From Octopus vulgaris (lineage: Eukaryota), in NCBI GenBank assembly GCA_951406725.2, contig OX597816.1:100006001-100070000 (forward strand): 64,000 nucleotides of DNA. The letters are read 5' to 3'. The position numbers were made by a program, and so were the translations under genes. Below are positions 1 to 12,852 of the stretch, piece by piece (positions within the stretch are counted from its first letter, which is position 1; every line of letters begins with the position of its first letter). The notes below the pieces were generated by a model, which saw only the letters and a list, made by a program, of their open reading frames with translations, did not search any database and had not been told where the DNA came from.

Positions 1-371
1 AAACACAATCTTTCAGGATGATAATGCACCTATTCACACAGATAAAGTTGTTACTGAATAGCACGAGGAACATTCAAGTGAAATTGAACATCTTAAATGG
101 CCACCACAGTCCCCAGATCTCAATATTATTGAACATTTATGGTGCATTTTAGAAAAATAAGTAAGGAGTCAATATAATTCACCATCCCTGCAAGAACTGG
201 AGACTGTTTTAGCTGAAGAATGGACAAAAGTTCCTTTGGAAACAATTCCAACTTTGTATGAGTCCATACCTCATAGAATTCAAGCAGTAATTACTGCCAA
301 AGGCAATCCTACCCAATATTAAAATAAATTTGTTTGAAATTTTAAGGTGTTTCCATTATTTTGTTCAACCC

Positions 372-374
<3 letters not shown>
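1..374 (+). mobile_element. Tc1-like DNA transposon 3' end, decayed DD36E transposase plus right TIR
   Basis: Frame 2 reads FQDDNAPIHT...[15 protein letters not shown]...AVITAKGNPTQY* with two premature stops. It ends in ...TTCCATTATTTTGTTCAACCCCTG followed by TA, i.e. a CAG-starting TIR and TA target. Confidence 0.92.
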
Positions 375-435
<61 letters not shown>

Positions 436-796
436 ATAATGACTGGTTATTTGTAGAAGGGCATGCCCAACGGCTGCACGTGCTATTTGTTACTTGATCT
501 TTCCTCTGATGTTACATAAGGACAGATGTGGGTTATTTTTTCCAAGTATCACCAGTAGATTTATTTCTATTCCTTTGGACTATATGTATATGGTTTTATC
601 TTAATCTGTGATTATCATTTTTGACTTTGGTATGTATATATATATAGATAGATAGGTAGGTAGGTAGGTAGGTAGATATAGATAGATAGATAGGTATATA
701 GATAGATAGATATATAGGTATGTATATAGGTATGTATATAGATATATAGATATATGTATATAGGTATATATGTATATAGGTAAATATATATGTATA

Positions 797-1300
797 TCTA
801 TATATATAAAACTGTAGTTGTGTGAGTGTCTGTCTCCTACGATTTAGATTCCTAACTCCTCCCACATTTTGCGGTGCAGTTTAACCAAATTCGGGTATCT
901 TATAGTCGTGATTAATATCGAGCCCGTCTGGCTATTAGCGCGCGTCGACGATGAGTCTACGATTTTAAAAATAATTTAACATAATTTTTTATTCAATTTT
1001 AATGCATAATTTTTCGTGTGTCGATGGCGGCGGAGTTGGCGTCCACGCTCAAACACCTGCACCTGTGTTTGCTTCTCCCCCTTCTTCCCTCCCTCGTGAA
1101 GCTGTGGGGAAGGGAGTTTAAGGAAATCAACGTCATAATGCGTTGTCAAGGAGACCAGAGTTCTTTTAGAACGACTTCATGGCTTGAAGACACCAAAACA
1201 GAAATGGCTAAGAAAGCCCGAATTGGCATCTATAAAGGAAGTAACTCTCTAAAAATGCTTATATAGTTATTTCCCGAGCAACGCCGGGCGATACTGCTAG
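797..1300 (+). mobile_element. Non-autonomous Helitron (~500 bp)
   Basis: A|TCTATATATATAAA 5' end, subterminal hairpin CCCGAGCAACGCCGGG (1273-1288), CTAG|T 3' end, no TSD. Confidence 0.8.
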
Positions 1301-1616
1301 TAGGTATATATATGTATATATATATGTATATATATATGTATATAGGTATATATATATGTATATAGGTATATATATATATGTATATAATAGAAATATTAAA
1401 ATTACTAAGTCTCTCTAAAAGAGATTACAGCAGCGTTACTGGAAATTAATTGTTATCGCCATATTAATATGGCAGTCTTATAGATATAAGACTAAAAGCT
1501 GTCGCTGATTAGCTCCATGAGGCCATCGCCTTAAGATAGCTATTTGATACACAAACTGTATCCATTATAACCTTCAAACAAGGGAGGTCAGCCACTTCAT
1601 ACTGCTAGTCAGACAG

Positions 1617-1657
1617 CTACAGACACGTTTCAGGGTATTTGCCCTTTGTCAATGTAG
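1617..1657 (-). ncRNA. Minimal type I hammerhead ribozyme (degenerate core)
   Basis: Minus strand: CUACA-UUGACAA-AGGG caaaua CCCU-GAAAC-GU-GUC-UGUAG. Stems I and II pair; the CUGANGA core has two substitutions. Confidence 0.7.
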
Positions 1658-2146
1658 CGTAGTCGACCCAGCAGGTGTCGCCACTGATCGTCTCTGTTCG
1701 AAGGTTTTATTTACCTAGTTTCGGTGGAATACATCCACTTGTTTTCAATAATAGAAATATTAAAATTACTAAGTCTCTCTAAAAGAGATTACGGTGGCAG
1801 CGTTACTGGAAATTAATTGTTAACACCATATTAATATGGCAGTCTTATAGATATAAGGCTAAAAGCTGTCGCTGTTTAGCTCCATGAGGTCATCGCCTTA
1901 AGATAGCTATTTGATACACAAACTATATCCATTATAACCTTCAAACAAGGGAGGTCAGCCGCTTCACACTGCTAGTCAGACAGCTACAGATGCGATAACA
2001 ATTAATTTCCAGTAACGCTGCCGTAATCTCTTTAGTAATTTTAATATTTCTATTATTGAAAACAAGTGGATGTATTCCACCGAAACTAGGTAAATAAAAC
2101 CTTCGAACAGAGACGATCAGTGGCGACACCTGCTGGGTCGACTACA

Positions 2147-2187
2147 CTACATTGACAAAGGGCAAATACCCTGAAACGCGTCTGTAG
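2147..2187 (+). ncRNA. Minimal type I hammerhead ribozyme (degenerate core)
   Basis: CUACA-UUGACAA-AGGG caaaua CCCU-GAAAC-GC-GUC-UGUAG, with palindromic stem III ACGCGU and a GUC cleavage triplet. Confidence 0.75.
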
Positions 2188-2535
2188 CTGTCTGACTAGC
2201 AGTGTGAAGTGGCTGACCTCCCTTGTTCGAAGGTTATAATGGATACAGTTTGTGTATCAAATAGCTATCTTAAGGCGATGGCCTCATGGAGCTAATCAGC
2301 GACAGCTTTTAGTCTTATATCTATAAGACTGCCATATTAATATGGTGATAACAATTAATTATATGTATATAGGTATATATATATATATATATATATATAG
2401 GTATATACGTATATATGTATATAGGTATATACGTATATATGTATATAGGTATATACGTATATATGTATATAGGTATATACATATATATATGTATATAGGT
2501 ATATACATATATATATAGGTATATACATATATATA

Positions 2536-3277
2536 TGCTGAGGGTTGGATACAAGCCTTCTTTTGAGGTGGTGAGTTATCATGCTTCCATTGCTTCAACT
2601 GGACTTTAGTCTCAAGATCGTAGCGATGGACCCATGTTTCATCCTGAGTGATAAGTCGGTCGAAGATGTCCTTGTTTTCTTGACACATTGCCAAAAGAGT
2701 TTAGGAGCAATTGACTTGTTACTGTGTCTGAAAAGGTGTGAGCATCCAGGAATCCATTGTGCAGGCAACTTCTGCATGTGCAAATGGTCGTGAATGATTT
2801 TTTTTCCATGGACCCTACACTTATCTTCACTTCTTGGGCTAGTTGCTGAATAGTTATGCAGATTTTCCAAGATAGTGGTTTCAACTTTATGGATGGTGTT
2901 GTCATCAATGGCAGAATGTGGTCATCCAGAAATAGGAGCGGTTTCCACCAATGTCTGGCCAATTTGAACTGGCGATGCCAGTACTTGATTACATTGTATG
3001 ATCATGCATCATCACCATAAACTTCTTCCATCTCATCAAAAGTCTCTTTTGATGTACACCCTTTCAAATATAAGAACCTGATCACTGGTCTGCATTCAAC
3101 TGCTTCCATTATAACACCTTAGTCCACTTCAGTATTCATAAAGGACAAATGAATTCTAGTGGAAAGCTACAATTTACAATGTGACATGTACAGCCATGTA
3201 TGGTTATACCTGTACAAGTTTTGTTTCCTGCAATAACTGGAAGTGGGTCAAGGAAAATCTTCAATGAACACCTCTTG
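2536..3277 (-). mobile_element. mariner transposon 5' half, frameshifted
   Basis: Minus-strand fragments ITIQQLAQEVKISVGS and [31 protein letters not shown] (first catalytic D motif). TA|CAAGAGGTGTTCA TIR at 3277. Truncated by (TA)n at ~2536. Confidence 0.88.
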
Positions 3278-3981
3278 TATATATGATACATCTGCAACAG
3301 TCTCAAGTACTAAATTTAATTTATTTAGTCAATTTATGTATGCAGTAATAGCTAAAATCTTTGGGTATACACCATAGAAAACTGAACTCTGCTAACACTT
3401 CAGTAATCCACACACACACACATGCATGCTTGCACACAATGAGCTTTTGTACACTTTCCAGCTATCAAATTTTATGCATACAGAATTGGTTGGCCTGAGG
3501 CTATAGTAGAAGATACTTTCCAAGATGTCACTCTGTGACATCTTAGAGCTAACCCTCAAAGGTATCTCACATCATCTCTTCTACATGCATTAACTCTTGA
3601 GTCATTACTGCGGAAATATAGTGGTGCTTAGCATATGTGGACAATGTTACTATAATAATGTTGGGCACCACAGAGGTTCAGGTGTTTAACAGTGTTCTGG
3701 AGGAATACAAGCTTGGGTAAGTCACTAGATAGGCAAGACTGTGTCTGTAGCCAGTGGGAAGAACTTGAAACCATGTAACTGTGAAGTATAACTCTTCATT
3801 ACACAACCATATCTGTGCCCATTATATTTGTAAAATAAAATTATTCTCTCCCAAGGTTTCATCTATTCTTATACACACCATTTATTGCTTTAATAAATAT
3901 CTCTGTTGCGACTATATAATATTTGTAGTTTCTTACCAATTGTCCATAAAATGATATTATTTGTGTTTCTTTTACTTTTAG

Positions 3982-4006
3982 GTAAGTCTTCTTGAATATG
4001 AAGCAG
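3982..4006 (+). other. Putative 25-nt micro-exon / recursive splice site of an unidentified host gene
   Basis: An AG-free zone (3929-3979) and polypyrimidine tract end in TTTTAG, followed immediately by GTAAGT. A second consensus donor CAG|GTAAGT lies at 4007. Confidence 0.5.
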
Positions 4007-5689
4007 GTAAGTGCTTGATATTGTATCAAACTAAAGTAACAGTATATATGTACATTTTGCAAAATTTATTTGACATAAGTTGACCTTTTATTCTGTGTAA
4101 AGAAATATTTTAAAAGTGTTTAGTTTGAGGTTTGCAGTGCAATTTATGGTTAAAATGATATGGGATGTAAATGACAGTGATTTAAGAAAGTTTTGCAGTG
4201 ACAAAATTAACAAGTGTAAATGTATAGAAAGCTATATTGTAATGGCAGCAAAGAGAGTGAAAGTAGACACTGCTCAGAAGAGAAGTTGTAGTTTTGAAGT
4301 GTGGACAAATGTCAGTGTGTTTATCAGATTTCAATTTACCATTTTGTGTATTGGGTGTACCATTCTGTATGGTTTTAGCAATGTTCTTATGCAGAGCAGG
4401 TATGCTCTTTGTAAAAGTGTTAGTTCCTTTTAAAAGTTGAAGTAATATCTATTTTGTAAAAGAAATTCAATCTAAAAATGGTCATCAGAGATTAACAATT
4501 TTATGGGACATAAACTTTTTACTCTATTGTTTATAAAGAAAGTAAATATATTATGAATGTTTCCTTGAAATTTATTCCAGTGTTTTTGTACTTTTGAACA
4601 TACTCAGTATTCAAATCCTATTGGAAATTGTCTGGATGGTTTCCATTCATAATGGACACAAGAGTTGATAACAATTGAAAGAACCATAAGTTTATTAAAT
4701 GATGGGAACAAAGTTAATATAAATGGTATACATTTTAGAACAGACACTCTCTAACCTACATATTTCTTGTCTCCATTAAAAATCATCTTTTTCTCAACCA
4801 AGTGGAAATATAGAATCTTTGAATTTCTACACAGGAGAGGAATATAATTCATTAGAACATGATATAGATGGGTTAGGAAAAGAATGCTAGCTGGTAGTTC
4901 CAAGCAAGTAGTCAACTGGATTGAAAATTGTATAGAAGACACATGAGTCACAAACATTAGCTAATGTTTGTGATGGTGTGAAATTTTAAAGGATGACACA
5001 TGCTAGATAAAGTGTTATGATTTGGTAGCTAAAGATTTACAATGGACATTAATGCTAAAAGGATATTTGCGATAAATTATATCAAACCTTAGAGCAAAAT
5101 TCTTTAGCCTATTTTTTTGTCTAAGAGCAATTTGACAATTTTCAGTATTGTGATAGACACCATTTATTCAAAAGATAAATTTATATTCAAACTTTGTGTG
5201 TCTGTAATAAAAGATTTTAGCATAATGTAAATTTGAAGGTCCAAAATCTCTAGTTTCATATCTTCTGTGCTTACTTAAATATAATAATGAATGCAGCTAA
5301 ATCTGTTAGATTTATGTGACATGTAAAAAACAAAATGTGATCATTGTTTCCATAATAGTAGAAAATTGAAATCACTTTTCTGAAACATTTGAAGGTGGTT
5401 AATGAAGAATGAGGGCTAAAGTCAGTACTACTGTTCATTTTATTTTTTTTATTATTTAGAAAATATACAAACTTCAACTTTAGATGGGAAATTCACCAAA
5501 CGTTTTGTTTGAAATTGCAAAGCAAATACAAATTCACAATACTACTGGCATAATGATTTTCCCAAGTTACAACAAAATTTTATGTATATATTATTAATAT
5601 TATTTACTTTTAAACTGCACGTTTGTTACAATTACTTGCTGAGACACACCCAGCATCAGTCACGTCAAAAAGGCCCTCAGCCAAATTTT

Positions 5690-6965
5690 AATAGATGTGG
5701 CTCACATACAGAGAGGGAGGCAGTTTGCCAGCATTGAGGTTCTCTTTGAAAGTGAGGACCTCGTGCGAAGACAAGCAGTATCACCCCAGTGGACTGAGGA
5801 GTTGGTCCTGTATCCCTCCTACCTCTGAGAGAACAATGGGGATTAGGGTAAATGGTGTGCCACCGGGTATAAATGTCTAGAGGATCGTTGCCTGTGTGGT
5901 GCAGAACCCAAAGTTACTCCTGGCAGTAAAAAGGAGTAGCAGGGATAACTGGTGTGGGATCAACTTGGAGACATTAATCCATGTGAAACCAGAAAATATT
6001 GTGAAGATCCTGGACCTGATCCAGCAGCCCAATAGGGTGGAACTGCCTGCCTTCGTAGAAGGCAGGAAACCCAGATGTGACACCTGTGGGTCCACAAACC
6101 ACCTGAGAGCCTTCTGTCCCCCAAAAGTTGGGAGGTATACAGCCAAACCTATAGCCTGCAGCTCACCCTCAGCAACAGAAACTTTTTAATAGAACTGCAG
6201 CCTCACCAACAACAGATGCATATGAATCCCATATATTCGTAAAAATCACTCAGGTTGTTTGTCAGCCCCACCCCCATCCCCTCTCTCAAAAATACACTCA
6301 AACAAGCACATGCACACTATTACAGACACACACTCCCCAAGACAGACACTAGCCACTACTCATCCTGAGTGAAGAACTCCACAAAGTAAAAAAATAAAAA
6401 AGGCAAAGGAAACAGAAGACAAAAGAACCTACATCAACACCTGAAAACACAGAAACCCCTAATACATCGAACGTAGACACAACAAAAACAACGCCAGCAC
6501 TACCATCCCCACAGCCACCATTACCCCAACCAACTCCACCATTGAATTCATAACCACACATAGCCACCAAAAGAAACCTTACAGTCAATACAGAAACACC
6601 GAATGATATGCTCATGAGGAGAGCCAGCAAAAATTTATTGGCTCTCATAGCCAAAAACAAGCAAATTGAGAGAGAGGGTGCAATTTATGACACCAGCACC
6701 CTTAAAGTTCCAGATCATTTAATGTTAATACGGTTACCCCTCAAAGTATACAAAGAAATTCAGAGGGACTTCCTGTATGACATGGGAAGTAGATAGAAGT
6801 AGTATAAGTTGTCCACATTTCAAAGTCATTAACTATATGGACTATAAATTTATGATCTGTATGGTTGACATAGATAGGACCCATAGACAGGGCCCCAGAT
6901 ACTGGAAGCTGAACATGTCCTTCCTGGCACACCAAGCTTTCAGAGACCAGGTTAGCAACTTCTTC
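5690..6965 (+). mobile_element. Tx1/L1-like non-LTR retrotransposon relic (ORF1 zinc knuckle plus ORF2 remnant)
   Basis: CCHC knuckle GRKPRCDTCGSTNHLRAFCP in ORF 5896-6189, and the post-endonuclease motif GPRYWKLNMSFL at ~6889-6925. Stops and a large internal deletion. Confidence 0.7.
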
Positions 6966-7661
6966 AATGATGTAAAAATCATGTTATAATCACACTTACT
7001 TTTTCCTTCAGTGGCTAGATTCCCTCTTTATCAATATGTCTACAAAACATGAAAAAAGAAACACCAAAAAACATTTTGTTAGGTCATTTGATAAGATGAG
7101 TTTTTGAATGAGTTAATAAGAAAATCTTTGACCTCACTGCTTAAGGCAGGAGGCAGAACACTGACAAAAAGGTGAAATTGGCATGTATCCAAAGAAATTT
7201 TATTCTCTGCAAAATTAGCATTGTGTTGGCCAAACCAAATAAGAGGATCCCCTGTGAATGGAGAGGTAGCAAAGAATAAAGTGACCTGAATAGCTAGCTA
7301 TTACTATTTTCAGAAGGAAGTGATAGGAAAGGTGAATTTGCCATATTTAAGCACAAGTTATTTGCAATCACTCAAATAAAAAGGATATGGAAAGATTAAA
7401 CACGTCTCAATACTGTCAACTTGGAAAGGTTCTTGATGAAATTTGCTCCCAAATCATACATTTGAAGGTTGATGAAATGTTCCTCAGTATTGAAAAGTTG
7501 GTTATTAACAGTATGTTATGCACATAAAAAATGCGAGAGGTAGAAAATATGTGTCTAACCTTTTGAGAGACATGCTATTAGCAAATCACTATTGTAGATC
7601 AAAAGGTTGGTGGGCTTGCAGTAGAAATAGTTACAGGCTCCTGGTGTCTGCCCCTTTTGTT

Positions 7662-7945
7662 CTTAACCACTGTGGGCATATGGCGTAGTGGTTAAGCGCA
7701 CGGGCTACTAACTCCAAGATTCTGAGTTCGATTCCAGGCAGTGACCTGAATAATGATGATGATGATGATAATAATAATAATAATAATATCATCATCATCG
7801 AAAAATACCTTAGGAATGAGAATCCAGGTTCAAAATTTCCCCAAGACACCTGATGAAGGCTGGAGGGTATATCAGCCAAGCAAGGTGAGGATAAATATCC
7901 ATCAAATGTAAATAATGTACATTTCTCATCTCTCAAATATAGAAC
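7662..7945 (+). mobile_element. tRNA-like + hammerhead short retroelement, copy 1
   Basis: A box TGGCGTAGTGG, B box GAGTTCGATTCC, (GAT/AAT)n tract, CTGATGA-A-GGCTG..CAGCC with the GAAAC half deleted, and 3' end AAATATAGAAC. A short inverted 5' piece CTTAACCACT precedes it. Confidence 0.8.
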
Positions 7946-8299
7946 CAATAGATATATCTTATATTATAGTAATACCTGACTGAAAACATGAAAATCTCAA
8001 ATCACCACCCTATTGTGCCACCCAATATAGACATATCTACATGATATCCTTAAATGCTAGAAATAGCAGTCTAATTTCCATCAAACTACACTCTAATCTT
8101 TTGTATATTTAAGGTGCATGTATCATTTTACTTTGATACAATCCCTGAGCATTGCCAGGTACCTTTGGTAGTTCCTTAATAAATTGTTCATTATTCTTTT
8201 TGCTGTAGCATACTGCAATGAAATATTTCTAGAACCTAATGCATGTGAGCATTGGTTGTGGGAACTTCTGAAATTTCTTCCAAGTTCCATTTTTTCCCT

Positions 8300-9550
8300 T
8301 CTGATTCAGCATCTACATGAAGAGTAGCTTGACATATTTTCTATCATTGTAGCTTCCTCTTCAACTTTGTCATCAAATTTTCAAATTCTTCATTTCGTAT
8401 AGAATTTTTGACTTTGAAAAATTTTATTTGTAACTAATTCTTTGTGAGTTTTATTGTTTGCTTTAGAAATTACATATTTTTAAAATCTATTTTGAATAGT
8501 CTTCTGCGATTTGATTCCATGACATTGCTAAAATATATGTAACATAACAAGAAGGAAAATCAGTTTTGTAAGTGTATTTGCATCAAATTGATTTTGGAGC
8601 TCATTAACATTGGCTAAAACTCATGAAATTTCTCTACAATAAGAAACATTTAGAGCTTATATAATACCTTGGTCACATGGTTGTATTAACAGTGTAATGT
8701 TTGAAGGCAAGAAAATTACTTTGATGTTTTTTACTAACAATTGTCAACTAACAGCAATTTTTGCTTTGATTCCAAATACCACTTATGTAACCAGTTGTTA
8801 AAATTACTTGTGGTCTTGCTGCCATTTGCATTAAAACAGTAATGAACAGATAAAATTTTGATATCCTTAGGATTATGACTTTTTCTAATCACTCAGCATT
8901 CTCATTTTTCTAACCCTTCATATCAGTTCAACAAAGAACTGTCAAGTACTCTTTTGAAGCTTTGAATTCTTTGGCAGTTTTATTTTTGAACATATAGCTG
9001 ATAAGTTTGGACATTGCATAAAAATATAACCCTGTTTTTTCTGTTATGATATTCTCAGGAGAATATTTAGCAGTAATTTTTGGTCATTTTGTCTCATCTA
9101 CTGCTTAGCAGATAAAAAAATATAAAAATTGAAAAAAATTCCTTACTATGCATTTGCACATGATATTCTTTCACCTTCTCACCCATTAAATGATCAGTCA
9201 GTTGGTATGGAACATTTTTCACCTTTTTCTCTTTTAAATGCTTTGGCTTTTTGATATATCAGTGATTCATTATTTGAAACACCATTTTTTTTTTTGACAT
9301 TTCCAAGCCAAGCCAAATTTTCATTGCTGACTAAATTTGCTTATCCTAACTAGGTAATCCCCTCTTATAATTTACATTCTCATTAGTATGAGCTGATTTT
9401 TCAAAGTTAAGTCTGCTTTTTAAAATATTATGCCAAAGTGGTTGTGAAATTTTTATTATAACAACTTTTGAGCATTCCAATATTTTTAGTTTTTCATGTA
9501 GAGACAAATTTTATTTTTCTTATTTACCTTCATTATCATGATGAATAATA
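8300..9550 (-). mobile_element. pogo/Tigger-like transposase relic
   Basis: Minus strand KNIKVIFLPSNITLLIQPCDQGII (~8662-8733) matches the pogo FLPPNTTS.IQP.DQGII motif. A decayed PENI...KTGLYF lies near 9020-9059. Boundaries approximate. Confidence 0.75.
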
Positions 9551-10292
9551 TTTTAATAATTGTCTACAAGTACATATATTCAAATGAAAACAGTGTAAAT
9601 ATTTTGGAGGTTAAAATTTTATTGCGTTGGCATTCTCATTGATTCCATGAGAAAAGTATCTATGACTGATGTTGTTCTGTGAGCACATTTTTGACTTTAA
9701 ATACAGTTAGTGAAGAGGAATAATACGGTTTTATAAAAGGAGTGATAATAAATGTGGTTTACTCAAAATTTTTAATAACAATATCTGTAGTTTTGATTCA
9801 GCTACTGTCATAGGAATATTTGGATTCAGCACAGCAAGCTAATGAAACACTCATTAATTTTAAAGTGCTGTACTATTTGTAGTGGTGACATATCACCCTT
9901 GTACCTTGTTATAACAAGGTTTTTCTTGGTGTACAAGTTGTAATTTACCATTAACTGTTAAATATCCTGTTCATGAACACATTGCAGTGCTGTTGATAAG
10001 CACTTTTTACATGCCCTTTTAGCAGGTAGCCTGGCATTTTACTGACTGAGCTAACTATGACTTTACAAATAACTATTTTTTATTCAATAAAAAAAAGAAA
10101 AAATCATATCCATTTATGATTTCTACATGTCATACTAGTGCATTTGAAAAAGCAAGAGTCTTCAGTCAGAATGAATTTTTAACCCTGAATTATAAACTTT
10201 CTATTTAATACAGCTCTGACAATATTCAATATATGAGGTTTTGAACAGGGATCATTGTTAAACTAACATTGGTCTTTATTTTATTTGTATAG

Positions 10293-10745
10293 GCTGAAGG
10301 ACTGTGGTGGGAAAATTTCACAAGATTATCAAAATAGAAGTTGCTTTATTTCTTTTGTCAATTTTCTATTCTGTAACAGCAATATTTTAATATGTAAAAT
10401 CTATTAAAATGGAGCTTGCATTTCTTTCATTTGGTGAGCATTTTTTCTTATTTCATTTCGGTTATATTTTTATAATCTACAATGTTCAATCAATAATACT
10501 TATATCTAAATGTATTTTAGCATAAAATGGATCGAAAAAGATTAGTTTTAATACCAAAGGAAAATATTTGGAAACTATCATAATGAAAGTAACATCTTAT
10601 TCCTAAATCTATTTTTGTAGTGCTGGTCCATTAGCTATTTATTTAATATCCAAACAATACAGACAATTTTCTTTAGTGAATGAATAGTTGTGATTTTCAA
10701 ATATGTTACCATAGATCTCATCAATAAAATTAATATTTACTACCA
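10293..10745 (+). other. Candidate terminal exon of an unidentified host gene
   Basis: Branch point ACTAAC at 10262, T-rich tract, TAG acceptor at 10290-10292, early stop codons in two of three frames, AU-rich tail and AATAAA at 10723. Product not recognised; 3' end guessed. Confidence 0.35.
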
Positions 10746-11206
10746 AATGTTCCAAAAGTAAATTGTTTAGATATATTTTACTTTATGAGTTTTTAAATTT
10801 TATTTTGAAGCTAAGGTTTTAAGGATTATATAATTTTATATAAGAATGTCTGTGTGTGCATGCATTTGTGTGTGTGTGTGGTTTGTTGCTAGTAAGCTTC
10901 TGAGAATCACTGAATCCAGATAAGTGTCATACTGTTTTTATTCCCTTGATAACATATGACTTCTAAAACCAAATTGTCCAACATATTTTCTTTTTCTTTC
11001 TATAACAACATTGTAGGGCAACGCCATGCATTCTGCAGATATATCTATTAATACTGATTTTAAATTTTGGCACAAGGTCTGTAATTTCGGAGTAGAGGTA
11101 AGTTGATTATGACAATCCAAGAGTTCAACTGGTACTTATTTTGTTGACTCTGAAAGGATGAAAGGCAAAGTTGACCTCAGCAGAATTTGAACTCAGAACA
11201 TATATA

Positions 11207-11747
11207 CTAGCTCTGATCAAAAAGTATCAGGACTGGTACTATTAGAAGAAAACTACAACACATATCAATTTGGCATTTAATCTCCTTCAAAGTAGTTCCC
11301 TTTTGAAGCCACGGACTTTGTCCAGCATTGTTTCCTTTGATGGAAGCATTCCTGGAACTCCTATTTTGGGATAGCAACCAGCTGTCTTGTCATATTCTCT
11401 TGGATTTCCTCAACATCTTGAAATCTTGTTTCTTTCAAGTGAGATTTGATTTTTGCCTTGGTTTTGGGCTCATAGCCTTAGATCCATGATTTGTCATCTA
11501 TTATGTCTGTTTTCAGAAAGTTTTCTTCTTCCTCAACACAATGAAGGAGATCCTGAGCAGTTTCAACCCAATTTTCCTTTTGGGATGACCACACTCTACA
11601 CATTTTACTTCCAAGGACATATGTGAGTGAGAACTTAGTGTGCATGCATGACTGAGTTCAAGGTGAATCTGCGCCAAGCAGCTTCATTCTGTGTACTTTA
11701 GCTCCATTTCCATAGCAACACCCCCGATACATTTTGATCAAACCCTG
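11207..11747 (-). mobile_element. Internally deleted mariner (MITE-like)
   Basis: TA-flanked imperfect TIRs CTAGCTCTGATCAAAAAGTATCAGG and (revcomp) CAGGGTTTGATCAAAATGTATCGGG. Minus strand encodes the mariner C-terminus GNYFEGD*. Confidence 0.8.
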
Positions 11748-12125
11748 TATCTATTAATATTAACAGTATTAATAATAATTACAAAATATCTGCTATCAGT
11801 ATTAAATATTGTGTGATATATATTAGACTGGACCTAATTCATATATAATTACTTAGTAATAAAAATAATGATGATGATAATAAATTATTGTTGAATATTA
11901 AATAAATTCCATTTATCTCTTGTAGAGAAAAACACATTTGGGCCAGTAACTCTCTTAACCGTTTCTCACCAGCATTTTTATTATGACACACATAATTCAT
12001 CACCCACTGCTTCACTGATTACCACACCCTTTTCCTTCAGATATAAATATGGTATATGGGACTATTCCCTCCTACTACCTCATACTTTTATGCATGCATG
12101 TGTAATTAAGATTCAGTTGAATTAG

Positions 12126-12852
12126 TACATTGTTTACATTATTTACAAACCACACACACACACAAATGCATGCACACACAGACATTCTTATATAAAATTA
12201 TATAATCCTTAAAACCTCATCTTTGTTTGTTGTCAACACATTTCAGCTGATTTACCCTCAAACGTTCATCAGGCATATCTAAGGTATTTTTTGATGTTGT
12301 TGTTATTATTATTATTATTCAAGTCACTGCCTGGAATTGAACTTGGAATCAGTAGCCCATGCCCTTAACCACTACACCATATGCCCATAGGCCATTGTGG
12401 AGTGAATTTTTAGGGCTTATAAATCTAATAGTTTCCTATCCTTCCTTAATACTGGTTCCCATATGCTATTCATATCTGCACTCGGTATGCTTAGGAGGTT
12501 GTTGTGTCCTAGCAGACCGAGTACAGATATGAATAGCATATGGGAACCGGTATTAAAGAAGTATAGGAAAATATTAGATTCATAAGCCTTAAAAATTCAC
12601 TTCATAATTACCTATGGGCATATGGTGTGGTTAAGTGCATGGGCTACTAACTCCAAGATTCTGAGTTCAATTCCAGGCAGTGACCTGAATAATAATAATG
12701 ATAATAATAATAACATCGGAAAATACCTTAGACACCTGATGAAGGTTGGAGGATATATCAGCCAAAATGTTTTGTTAACAACAAACAAGATGAGGACAAA
12801 TATCCATCAAATGTAAATAATGTACATAATCCCTCATCTCTTAAATATAGAA
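12126..12852. mobile_element. Head-to-head inverted dimer of the tRNA-like + hammerhead element (copies 2 and 3)
   Basis: Palindrome centred near 12502 with ~290-bp arms, each carrying the tRNA-like boxes and CTGATGA...GAAA-like motif. Flanked by the 12-bp direct repeat CAGTTGAATTAG (12114-12125, 12853-12864). Confidence 0.85.

Larger units (their letters stand above)
1385..2360. mobile_element. Penelope-pLTR/retrozyme-like 364-bp unit: about 1.7 tandem copies plus one inverted copy
   Basis: Direct repeat with period 364 (1390 vs 1754) running to ~1994, then a reverse-complement monomer at 1992-2360. Each complete monomer carries a minimal hammerhead. Confidence 0.8.

Noticed and set aside
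4222-4330. hAT-like transposase N-terminus (MAAKRVKVD...WT)
   Set aside because: Too short and degenerate; no TIR or catalytic motif found.
7674-7748. Functional tRNA gene
   Set aside because: The acceptor and anticodon stems pair poorly, and the sequence recurs as part of the mobile hammerhead element.
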